From the human T2T-CHM13v2.0 reference genome, Homo sapiens: DNA of 64,000 nucleotides. How positions within the stretch are numbered: the first letter of the stretch is position 1; each line of letters starts with the position of its first letter. This document shows, piece by piece, positions 38,576-50,879 of this stretch. Where the stretch lies: the NCBI RefSeq assembly GCF_009914755.1, contig NC_060939.1; one strand, 5' to 3'. The notes beneath the pieces were generated by a model. That model saw only the letters and a list, made by a program, of their open reading frames with translations. It searched no databases and was not told the origin of the DNA. The translations under genes and the position numbers were made by a program.

Positions 38576-41500
38576 TAGGTAGCAATGTTAACAAGAATGA
38601 GGGTCTGAAAGACTATTTATTAAAGTGATCTATGGGGATCACGACCCTATTCAGTATAATTTTTAATCATTTGATCTATTTCTTGCTTTTATTTTTATTT
38701 ATGTAAAAATACAGCTTTAGCCTTGCTTCTCTCATTTTGTTGGGCCTCCACAACAATGTGCCTCTTTTCAACAATATAGGGAGATACTTGAGACTGTGTG
38801 GCCCACCCCAATCTTGTGGACCTGCTCGCGTGCATCACTGATGGCCAGATCTTAGCGGTAGGAGTTGAGCCAAAGAAGTGAAAGGCTCTGGGTTTTGGCA
38901 CACGTCAGATCAGCTAGGTGCCTTTTGCTGTGCTCTAGAGATCATATAAATACGTATATATAAAAGGAGACTAGATGAAGGCATGCCAACAGCCAGGATG
39001 GTTATTGGAAGAGTTCATCTCTCAGGATTTTTTATAAATGTGAATGAATTTTCTGTCTTGCTAAATGGTAGTAAATATTGTGAACAGCTTTTTAATATAG
39101 TCATGGTTGACAAGTCTTTCAGGGCTTTTACAGCGCTGAAACTTGGTTTAATTTTTCTGTAATTTCTAAACTCTGATATTTAAATACATAAATTATCTGT
39201 GTAAAGATGTAGATTTTCTAGCACATATTCATTTAATTTTTTATTTTACAGAACTAAAGTAAAATGAATGCTACTTTGAAATTAATTAAGAAAATGTTTA
39301 TGATGTTTGAATTTAACAAAATGTTTATAAGAAAAAAGTATTTCTGATATCGCTAAAACTAAAATTCTAACACTTTCAGGATTCAAGCTTTAGCTTTCCA
39401 TAAAATATCAGGGCTTGTTTATTTAAAGAATGTTAATTAATAGCTACTATCTTTTTTTAAAAGCTCTATGATGTGCAAATTTGGGGTCAGTAAAATTTGG
39501 AAAGAGGAATATTATGTATTTTTCCTTCTATATTTTTCTATCATTTATAAATTAATTTGAAAATAAAAACAGTGGCTTTGTTTTCTTGAAATCCTTCTTT
39601 GTGTTTCTCCACTCAAATCTCCTTGAATGTTCAAACTGAGCTCTACATAAAGTATGTTAGTATATATTTGTAAGAATTGTGATGCATAACTTCGCATTTC
39701 TCCTTCATCACTTAGAAAAAGAGGGCAGTATTTTAGTACCAGTCATTGAGAAATTAAGCCTTGAGTGGTAGTAGTTCATTTATTTTTAACAACATGATTA
39801 AGGCTATTCAGAAGAATACTTTTGTTAAACATTTGGATTTTTCCCTTTTGTCTTCATTTAATTATTTCTTAGTATTGCACAATATTAGGCTACATTGCCT
39901 TGGTATCTCTAATTAAAAATTAAATATCTTATAATGATATAGCTTTTAGGGAGACTTGCAGGCTAATGATGCCGAGGCATTTCTCTTTGCTGTTGTCCCA
40001 GACATTGCCCACTCGGTTTCCTAATTTAGTAACAGAAATAAAACTGTGCACGACTGGGCAGGTTTGGTATGCCGGCACCCTGCCAGGAAGCATGGGTTTC
40101 TTAAGCAAATGGACCGATGGGGATTTGAGGAAAACACAGATTATGTTACATGAGCTTTGCACTTTGCAAATCCCTAACTATTTAAAGGAACTCGGCTAAC
40201 CCGCTGATACCTAAATAAAGTCAGTTTTGTTTAAACATACATACACACAAAATGATATATTGTTTCCTTTTCCAAAATTAAAAATTACCCTTCATATTTG
40301 TGTTTTTAATTTCACATTTTTTGTCAACGTTTAAAAGCTCTCTCTTGGTTAAGTAATGTATGAAAATTATTGTTAATTTTGTTAAATTCTTTTATGTATT
40401 TGTAATACCCTTCCATATAGCATAATAAAAGGAGTTGATAATGTACATATGCATTGTGCTTCTGTGTGAGGAAATGAAAGAAAGTTCTGGCAGGTTTTAA
40501 AAGAAGCCTAGTTTTATACCTTGGCTCTGGCACCAGCTTGGCTGAGTGACCTTGGTGCCTATTGTCTGTCCTGCACTGTGAGTGTCATGAGTGTTCTGTG
40601 TCACGCTAACACTTCAGGTTGGTCTGCAGCAGTTTCTTTGCTGAGTGTTTGAGCACGGGCTGCTTTCCTATCCACTGACATGTTTCCTTCTTGCTGGTGC
40701 GTCTTGTCTGGCACATCTTTGGTCCTTTTCGGGTCCATTGCCTCTGAGTTTGGAGAAGAGCCTTCAGCCCTGAGGATTAGCCTGCTGCTTTTCTCCTTCA
40801 AGCCATTACGTGTTTCTTCAGCGTCTGCCATTCATTGTCAGAATGGGGCCAGCTGTTCACTCTGGTGATCTTTGTTTAATTGCCATTAGACTGTATGTAA
40901 ACACTGGGGGCAGGTAATTCTGAAGCATGTTTTCATTGAGAGAGAGAGTTTATCTCATCTTTTACTAGACTTTTGGCAGATAGAAATGAAGAATTCTAAT
41001 ACTTGGGACACTGTGGGTTGGGTAGGGAGAACGATACAGGGTGCAGGGTCCACATCATGCTTAAGGCAGCACTGGCTACAGTGCGGAACAAAGTGGATTT
41101 AATATAAACTGAAGTTGTCAAATCCCACGGACTTGAGGACCAGTAAGATTTCCCATCCCATAAATGCCATCCAAAAGTGTGAAAGAAAGAATACTAAACA
41201 TCAAAAATTCTTAACTGAAGTGGTCAGAACATTACTAATCTTTGAAAATAGTTTTTAGAAAGATCTATTCCTCTCCTTTTGAATATCTGAATAAGGCAGA
41301 TAGATGCCCAGTCCTAGCATCAGAGACCAAAGATTCTAATCCCGTTCATTCATTTTTTAAAATGTAAAAGTTGTTACATATAGAAAAGTTCTCAGACCAA
41401 AAGTATGTACTCAATAAATTTACCTTCTTCCTCATCTCATTTTTCTGCCTTCCCAGTTTATTTCTATCCTCTTAGAGTCCACACTCCATGAAGACTGGCT

Positions 41501-41639
41501 CATTGTTCCTCTGCCATTAGCCTTGCCTTTGTTTTCCTGACTTCCAACACTCATCTCAGTTTTAAAGCGAAACTAAAGATCCTGCAATTGAAAATCTTGT
41601 TAAGGTGCAATATGCTATACTTGTTAACAGTAAAGACTT

Positions 41640-42100
41640 AATTTTGTGTGACCTTGGTCACTGTGGATTCCATTCTGGATGTGAGGGGAAGTCACTGGTG
41701 GATTTTGAGCAGACGAGTCCTATGATCTCATTTAGGTTTAAAAGAATGACTCAGATAACTGTAAAGAGGGGCCAGTGATGAAAACTTAAACGAGGCGCCG
41801 ACAACAAAAACTGAGACGAGTTAGGAATCTGCCAAAATAACCCCAGCAAGAAATGATGATGGCTTGCACTAGAGTGTTAGCAGAACTGTTGGTGAGAAGC
41901 AGTTGGATTTTAGTTTATTTAGTGCTTTATAATTTTCACAGTGTCTCACTCACTTTCTTTTACCAACAGGGCAGGTTTTATCCCTGGTTATAAATAAGAA
42001 TTCTCGAGGCTCTGAGAGATTATGAATCTTACACAACGTGACTTAGTAAGGTAGAATCGAGACAATGCTAGGTCTTCTGATTCTCAGTAGTGTTTTTTCC
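41640..42100. mobile_element. L2 fragment followed by MIR fragment
   Basis: L2 motif ggaagtcactggtggattttgagcag...gatggcttgcactag, then a MIR-like core. Confidence 0.65.
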
Positions 42101-42186
42101 AAGTCGTTAACATAAATACTTAATCTTTAAAAAAAAAGTCTGTTTCAAATATTTTATATGATTGAAGAAAGTAAAATCATGTACTA

Positions 42187-42502
42187 GTGACAGATCATGG
42201 TGGCTCACACCTATAATCCCAGCACTTTGGGAGGCCGAGGTAGGAGGATCGCTTAAGCTAGGAGTTCAAGACCAGTCTGGGCAACATAGTAAGACCTTGT
42301 CTCTACAAAAGATAAAAATAAAAAACTTAGTTAGGCGTGGTGGCACGTGCCTGTAGTCCCAACTGCTTCGGAGGCTGAGGTGGGGGGATTGCTTGACTCT
42401 AGAATATTTGAGGTTGCAGTGACCTATGAACGCTCCACTGCACTTCAGCCTGGGCAATAGAGTGGGACCCTGTCTCCAAAAAATAAATAAATGAATAAAT
42501 AA
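42187..42502 (+). mobile_element. AluJ followed by MLT1 fragment (~42525-42712)
   Basis: TSD AATCATGTACTAG on both sides. MLT1 motif gcataacaaattaccacaaa. Confidence 0.85.
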
Positions 42503-43203
42503 TCATGTACTAGCTTATAATACTATATTATTTATCTCTGCATAACAAATTACCACAAAGTTAGTGGCATAAAACAACACACATTTATTATCTCAATTTC
42601 TATGGATCAGCAGTCTAAGCACAGCTTAGCTCGATCTGCTTAGGGTCTCAGAAGGCTGCAGTCAAGGTTGGGTTGGCCAGGGCTGCAGTCTCATCTGAGG
42701 CTCAACTGCAGACGAATAAAGGAATTCTTGATTGTTTTTGCTATCTAAGAGAAAGAATTAATTCTACTAAGGAATAGTGCCCTTGTCTTTTTTTCTGTAT
42801 TATCACTCCCTTCTCACCTCAGCTTTAGATATATAAACTTAGCAGTTGGAGTATAAATGCTTGTTTATTCCATTCTATAAGAATCTTGGAATGCAGACTT
42901 TGTGTTTGTGGGTGTTACCCTTATTTTGCTGCCATGAGTAAATATACTAATTAGGCTTGTTAGTGGTTATTTTCCATTTAGTTTCCTAATTCTGCTTTAG
43001 CTGTTAGTCCACTGTCAGGGTGATATTTTGCAGGTTCTTTGGCTGATGAATTAAGAAAATTTGTGGAACCAACCCCTGGGTTCAAAAAACAGAGTGACCC
43101 TCAACTGTGATCTGACTTTCCACTCCTGAAGCCTTTCTGAATTCTACCCCAGTTTAGTTGATTGTTATGAACTAGTCTTTATTTGTGTGTGGCATATAAC
43201 TGA

Positions 43204-43508
<305 letters not shown>

Positions 43509-44554
43509 TGGGAAGATGTCTTTTAAAAGCTTTTGGGTGCTCTCTTCCACAATTTCTTATCTTAGGACTTCTGCTTATAGAATTGCAAGACTAGATAATT
43601 CAGACCAACCCTCCCTTGAGGACAGTGCAGGGTGGGGAGTCTGGGAAAATCTGTTTTGAAGGCATTGGTGAGCTAATAAGGTGGTGAAGAATTCCAGGCC
43701 AAAGAGATTAAAGCCTTTAAAAACCATTTCCCACTAAAATGAACCAGGTTGCTGTGTTTGAGGCACAACTTGTAGAAGATGCACCCTCGGGACATCTTGT
43801 GCCAGAAAACAGAATCAGTCAGAGACTTCTGAGGGTCATGTGAAAATCGTACAGAAGTCAAAAGTGAACTGTTAAGCATAAAAAGCTATGACTGAAATGT
43901 ATTAAAACATATCAGATATAGAAACATGTATGAGTTTGTAATGGTGCTCTTAAAAACTTGTTGGTAAACTCTGGAGGTTGTTATACTACCAACTTGTTCT
44001 TCAAAATTTAAAGGGAAAGAATCATTTTTCTGCCTTTTTCTAAAACAACTATTTTTCAGGGTAACTGAATAGTTGAAGGTGGGAGAGTTTTTCTACATGG
44101 AATAATTATAGTTAATACATATAGAAGGAATGATGGAATTTTAAAAACCAACATTTGTAATTTCTAATGAAATATCTTGGCAAAATCATTAATAGCTTCC
44201 TGAACCATTAGGTAAAAAGTTGATAGGAAGCTTTGTATTGAATGGATCAGGCTGATAACACTAGAATCTACTAGTTAATCTTAACTTCACTAGAAGTGAG
44301 ACAAGCAGACATTATGTACTACTACCCAGTGTGATGAAATTGGAAGGGTGTAACCCTCTCCTTATAATGTAATCATGCCAAAGAAAAGTGAACAGGGATA
44401 AGTGAGTATTTTTGATGACACAAAGAAGGCACAATAAACCAAATCGAGGGTGTTGAAAATTCTGTAAGACAAAAATCCATGTAAGTAAGCGAAAGACATG
44501 AAAATGAAGAAAGGAGAGGGAGAACTGTTATAAATTAAGAGATTTAAGAATCAT

Positions 44555-45115
44555 ATCCTTCCATTTCTTCAAGTCATACATGGTGGCCTGCCAACACTAT
44601 ACTCTTCTGTAAGGTGTTTCACGCAATACGGCTGTCCACTTTCTCCAACAGTTTGATTTTCTGTGCTGTAGATAAACACAAATGCTTCCTATTTTTCTTA
44701 TCACTGTTACCCACAGAGGTATTTGCAGGCCTTTTTGACATTTTCAGCAATATATTTACACCACAAAGCAGAGAATAAACAAAAAACCACAGTGAGTAAT
44801 GCACGTAGGTCTTGGCCCTGTGTGGGTCATGGTGGGGAACCTGCCGTTGGTGTCCTTAGTCTGCACACATGCCATTTCACTACCCTTTTTGGTTTGCTTG
44901 CGTGGAGCTATCTGGGCATGCACAGAAAAGATATATTTCAGCTAAAGGGGACTGGGAGGGTCTTTTCTGTCTTGGGGACATGGAATAAACTATGTGTTGT
45001 GTACTTGCATTTTGACTGCAACCTGGCACGTGAGGTCAGGTGTATAATTTTCCACTTGTGGCATCATGTTGGCACTCAGAAATCTTTGGATTTTAGAGCA
45101 TTTCAGATTTCAGGT
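44555..45115 (-). mobile_element. Tigger4 (Zombi/MER46) 5' fragment including transposase N-terminus
   Basis: MSKRPANTSVGNSDKKNRKHLCLSTAQKIKLLEKVD from the ATG at 44741 (-) resembles the CENP-B-type HTH start of Tigger/JRK proteins. MER46-like end ttttagagcatttcagatttcagg. Confidence 0.78.
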
Positions 45116-45124
45116 TAAGTACTT

Positions 45125-47900
45125 CTTTCGTTGCTTTACGTGAATTGTGATATGTTGTGTGTTCGTTCTCATTCATTTCAAATATATTTTCTAATTTTCT
45201 TCACAATTTCTTCTTTACCCATGAGTTGTTTACAAGTGTATTGTTCAATTTCCAAGTGTTTGCACATTTCTCAAATTTCTTCCTGTTGTTGATTTTCAAT
45301 TTAATTCTGTTGTGGTCAGGCTATATTCTTGTATGTTTTCAGTTTTAAAAAGGAAATGTATGAAGACTTGTTTTATATCTTAACATGGGTTGGCAAACTA
45401 TGACACACAGACCCAATCTGGTCATTGGTCTTTTTGTGGTTGTTTGTAATTGCCTGCAAGTTCAGAATGATTTAAAAATTTTAAAGAGTACTCTAAAAAG
45501 CCAAGAATATGCAACAGAATCTGTACATGGCTTGCAAAGCCTAAGGTATTTACCATCTGGCCCTTTACTGAAAAAATGTGCCACCCCTGCTCTAGAATAT
45601 GATCTATCGGATATGGTAAATGTATGTGAAATATAAAGGGCTGAATATGTATATTTCTTAATTTCTTTTAAAAAACCCTAAAGATTATTTAAAGCCATAG
45701 TTGTAACAGTGAGGAAAGTGGAAACAGAGCTATACTGGAGCAAAGTTACTGTGTTTTACCAGAATTAAGCCAATATTGACCTGAAATATATTGTGATTAA
45801 TGATGTGTATTGTGATTCCTAGAATACTCACTAAAAAAACCCTCAAGAATTATAGCTAAAAAATTAATAAAGGAAGTTAAAACAATACACAAATATTTCT
45901 ACAGTCACGCACTGCTTAATGGGAATACATTCTAAGAAATGTGTTGTTAGGTGATTTTGTTGTTGTGTGAACATCATAGAGTACACTTACATAAACCTAG
46001 ATATTATAGCTTGCTACACACTAAGCCATATTGTATAACTTATTGCTCCTAGGCTACAAACCTGTGCAGCATGGTACTATACTGAATACTATAGGCAATT
46101 ATAACACAATGTGACTTTATTGTTAAAAACTGAGACACTAACACACATATTAGTCTAGGCCTACACAGGGTCAAGATAATCAATATCACTGTCTTCCACC
46201 TCTAATCTTTTCCCACCAGAAGGTCTTCAGGGACAACAGCATGTATGGAGCTGTCATCGCCTATGATAACAATGCTTTTTCCTGCACTATCTCCTGAAAG
46301 ACCTGCCTAAGGCTCTTTTACAATTAATTTTTTTTATAAGTAGACGGAGTACACTCTAAAATAAAAAGTATAGTCTAATTAATAAACCAGTAACAGAGTT
46401 GTTTATTATCAGTTATTATGTACAGTATTTGTATGTGCTGTCCTTCATACAACTGGCAGCATAGTAGGTTTGTGTTTATACCAGCATCATCACAAACACG
46501 TGAGTAATGAGTTGTGCTACAATGTTACAATGGCTACAACTCTCAGTAGGTGATAGGAATTTTTTAGCTACATTATAATTGTATGGGACCACTGTCTTCT
46601 CTGCGGTCTATTGTTGACCAAAACGTAGTTATGTGGTTCATGACTGTATGAGATAAAAAATAGAATGGAAAAACAGAGACACAAAAAGACATGAGGCGTA
46701 ATTTTAAAAATAGCTGAATCACAATTGTAAATATAACAACATCAGTAATTACATTAAATGTGAATGGTCTAAACACTACAATCAAAAGGAAGAGATTTTC
46801 CAACTTAGTCATAAAGCAAGACCCAAACTATATTTTGTCAGAAGAGGTACAATTTAGGATCAAAGACACAAATAGGGCCAAAAGAAAAAGAAGGAAAAAG
46901 ATATACCTTGCAAACAGGAAATAATAGCTGTAGTAGCTATTTTAATAACAGACACAATACACTTTAAGACAAGAAATATTGGAACTAAACAAGGACAATT
47001 TATAATGATAAAAGGATCAGTATATTGGGAAGATATAAGAATTATAAATGTAGATGCACTTACCAAAAGAGGCCCAGAATACATGAAGCAGAAAATGACA
47101 TCTGGCTCACACCTGGAATTGAAAGGGGAAATAAACAACGCAATTATGTTGAAGATTTTAATAGTCCTCTCTTGGCATCTGAGAACAAGTAAAGATATAG
47201 AAAACTTGAACAATTTTGTTGACCAACTTGAACTAAGGTAACTCTCCACTCAACACAAGCAGAAGGCATTATTCTTTTGCAGCACACATAGAATATTCTT
47301 CTGCAGCACACATAGAACATTCTTCAGGATAGATCATATATGCTAGGCCATAAAGCAATTCAAAAGAACTTGATTCCTTCCTGTTATTTTGAATTACCAT
47401 CTGATAATCATTTTCTTTCAGCCCTTTTAATATTTCTTATAGGGCAGGTTTGCTAGCAACTAATTTTCTCATTTCTTATTTATCTAAGAATGCCTTTATT
47501 TTGAATTCATGGCTGAAGGATAGTTTTCCTGTATGTAGAATTCTTGGTTGACATTTTTTTTCTTTTCCTTATGGATTTTGCCAGTTTTAGGGGACAAAGC
47601 TGTGGGATTTTGTCCCCTGCCCCAAATTGAGGGTGCTCTCTCTGGTAGCCAAGCTTTTGGTTTCCTTAGCCCTGTTTTGATAAACTGCTATTCTTGTAGA
47701 CTGGGCTGGGGGTAGGATGTGACAGGAGCCATCCCAACCAAGAAAAGGCTGCAGACTTCCACTGTTCTTGAATGAACAAACACTACTGAATTTATTTTCT
47801 GCCTTTGGTTGATTTCTAGAGTTATGAATAGTTGTTTTTCAGAGTTTTGTCCAGTGTTAAGCTTGTTTTTGGTGGAGAAACTTCGCTGAGTTTGTCACAT
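45125..47900. mobile_element. Old L1M (EN domain to ORF1) with central segment in opposite orientation; nested MER58-like (45384-45589) and Tigger3b (45902-46646)
   Basis: Antisense L1 at both ends. Sense EN-domain ORF in the middle (MIKGSVYWEDIRIINV..YMKQK..ELKGEI). Tigger3 TIRs ta-cagtcacgc / catgactg-ta. Confidence 0.8.
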
Positions 47901-47966
47901 GCCTTAGGCTGCTATTCTTCCAAAATATTCTCAAGCCATTTATTTAATTAGCTATTTAAAAATATT

Positions 47967-48241
47967 GGCCAGGTGTCGTGGCTCATCCCTGTAATCCTAG
48001 CACTCTGAGAGGCTGAGGCAGGTGGATCACTTGAATCTAGGAGTTTGAGATCAGCCTGGGGAACATGATGAAACCCTGTCTCCATAAAAGATTAGCAAGG
48101 AAATGGTGACACATGCCTGTAGTCTCAGCTGTTTGGGAGGCTGAGGTGGGAGGATCACTTAAGCTTGGGAGGTTAAGGCTGCAGTGAGCTGTGATCACAC
48201 AACTGCACTCCAGCCTGGGTGACAGAGTGAGACCTTGTCTC

Positions 48242-48280
<39 letters not shown>
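47967..48280 (+). mobile_element. AluJ with (TAAA)n tail
   Basis: J diagnostics; tetranucleotide tail at 48242-48280. Confidence 0.9.
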
Positions 48281-48283
<3 letters not shown>

Positions 48284-49589
48284 TGTAAAGATGTAAGGAG
48301 CTCACAGAGCTGCGGAATCCATATTTTGTCATGAATTTGTAACAATATTTTATCATCTCTGATTCTCTGGCACTTCTATTCTAAAGTTACTGGGTAAGTT
48401 CCTGTGTTCACAGTTACTGACAAAAACATTGGGAATATGTTTTTATGTTCTTTCATTTACTGAGATGGTATTTGTTTGGGTACGTAAACTGCTTTAAAGT
48501 GTATGAAAGCCTTCTTACCCCCTTCACCTAACCTGGGTTTTAAGTTCCTCTATAAGATGTTTGAACATCAATCTCTAGTGGAGAAAGTAGCCTTTAACTT
48601 GTCATTTTAGCGAATTATTCTTAGTGCAAGCATACATACAGAAATCTTTCTGGTATTAGCATTTTTTTGAAGTGTGGCTCATGCAGGACAATGGAATTTA
48701 CTTCATTCTTGCAGATTCATATAGCTAAAGACAAATGTAAATCTTTGGTTGTAGCTTTCTCTGAAAGCAATAAGATGTATATACAACTTTAAATCTTGGA
48801 TTTTATTTACATAGGGTGTTATTTGACATCAATTTTTATTCTCTTTACTCCAAAGGAATAAAATAGTAAAAGCTAGAAAATGTTTTTCATAGATTTTCAG
48901 CTCTTCAGAGGATGAAAAAAAATTTTTACCATTAAACAAGGAATCATGCAGTTCTTATAAAAATTACCAGAGGACACAGTATAATTTCAGTGTTGATTAT
49001 TTATTTAAAATATTATACATAATTTAGTTTTTGAGGACAGCAGCGATCAACAGACAGTAATATCTAGGTAACAGGAAAGTAAATTCATTTTATTGTTTTA
49101 GGTGCTGTTTAGATAGTGTCATTGTTTAGGTTCTGTTTCTGTATTGTTTCTGTGATAGAAAGTTTCTTGGTGTTTTGAATCATTAACCAAATGAACTTTC
49201 TTATTCTCTTATTATAGGCTTAAAATGAACTTCCAGTGGAAAGTCACTACTACTATCCTAAAATTTTTATGGTGGGAAACAGAATTCTAGGATCTCATGC
49301 CAGTAGTGCTATTGACAGTCCATATGCTTGTTTGTTGATTAAACTCAATTTTGAAACAATTAGAGACTCATATGCTGTCCATATATTTTGAACCAATCAT
49401 TTTTTTCTTTTTAATTTTTTCCAGCTATTACCTGGTTTTGTACAAATTAGCTAATGCTATTTTATGGGTAATGAAGGAGGCCATATAGAAAGGTTTGAAG
49501 TTGACTGCTACTCTGTGGCCCCAATTTTGTTAAGCACCAACTATGATAATAGTCATGATTAAGGTAAGATATCAGAAATACCATCTTCA

Positions 49590-49724
49590 GGCCAGACATC
49601 TGGCTCACACCTGGAGGCTGAGGTAGGAAGATAGTTTGAGGCCAGGAATTCCAGGATATAGTGAGTCGTACATTCCAGCTAGGGCAGCAGAGCGAGAACC
49701 TGTCTCCAAAAAAAGAAAAAGAAA
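49590..49724 (+). mobile_element. Degenerate Alu monomer (FLAM/FAM-like) with internal deletion
   Basis: ggccagacatctggctcacacctg|gaggctgaggtaggaag ... A-rich tail. Confidence 0.75.
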
Positions 49725-50588
49725 CATTATCTTCACCTACTAGAAGCCTGTTTCCCACTCATGAAATTCTTATTTTAAATTATGAATTCGTAACAAAAAG
49801 CATCATACATTTTAAAAAGTTGAGTAAAGCATCAAATTAACAACTTTTGTGTGCTATTAATGGAATCTGCTCATGTTTTCTAGAAATTTTAACTTAAATA
49901 AAACATTTAGATATTAATGCTATATTGGCTCAACCAGTAAGCCTTTTATAAAGTTTGTTGTATCTATGTTGACAATATTTCTGAATGTAAGGTTATATAA
50001 AAATCATTTCATCCATACTTTTGGTTACTCATAAAATATAATTTGTTATATATACTACTTATATCTCTTAATGAAAGTGAATACAAAGGAAATAATTATT
50101 TGAACAGTAGTTGTATCCATGTTTTTGTAGACTCATTTCAAAACAGAGTGCTCTTTTTTTCCTTTTAATTTTATTTACTCTAGCATTCTATCTGGCCCTT
50201 TTCTTGTGAAGAATTTGTGTGGTAGAAACCACTTGCCTCTAATAAGGAACTAGAGAAATGGGAATTAGGGAATAAGGAAATAGGGAATTAGGGAATAAGG
50301 AAAGTCATTTTTTTGGTGGAAAGATTTGAAGGAAATTATGGATACAGTTCATTCCATATTTTATGAGGAACTTTTAAATTCTATTACTGTATTGGGAACA
50401 TGTGCCATAGGGGGCTGAAGGCCTGTTTTTGCTTATGGGGAAGAAAGTAGAGAATTAATGGATGATAGGAGAGAATTATTGTGCAAAGAGAGATTTGAGG
50501 TAGGATTTAAATAGAAAACTCTTAAAAAAAAAAAAAAACTCTTTGAACATCCTTCAGGAGAACTACAAGAATAAAACAGTATCTGTAA

Positions 50589-50879
<291 letters not shown>

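Noticed and set aside
40601-40831. 76-aa hydrophilic minus-strand ORF (MADAEETRNG...)
   Set aside because: No recognisable homology, promoter or splice context. A BLAST/PhyloCSF check would be needed.
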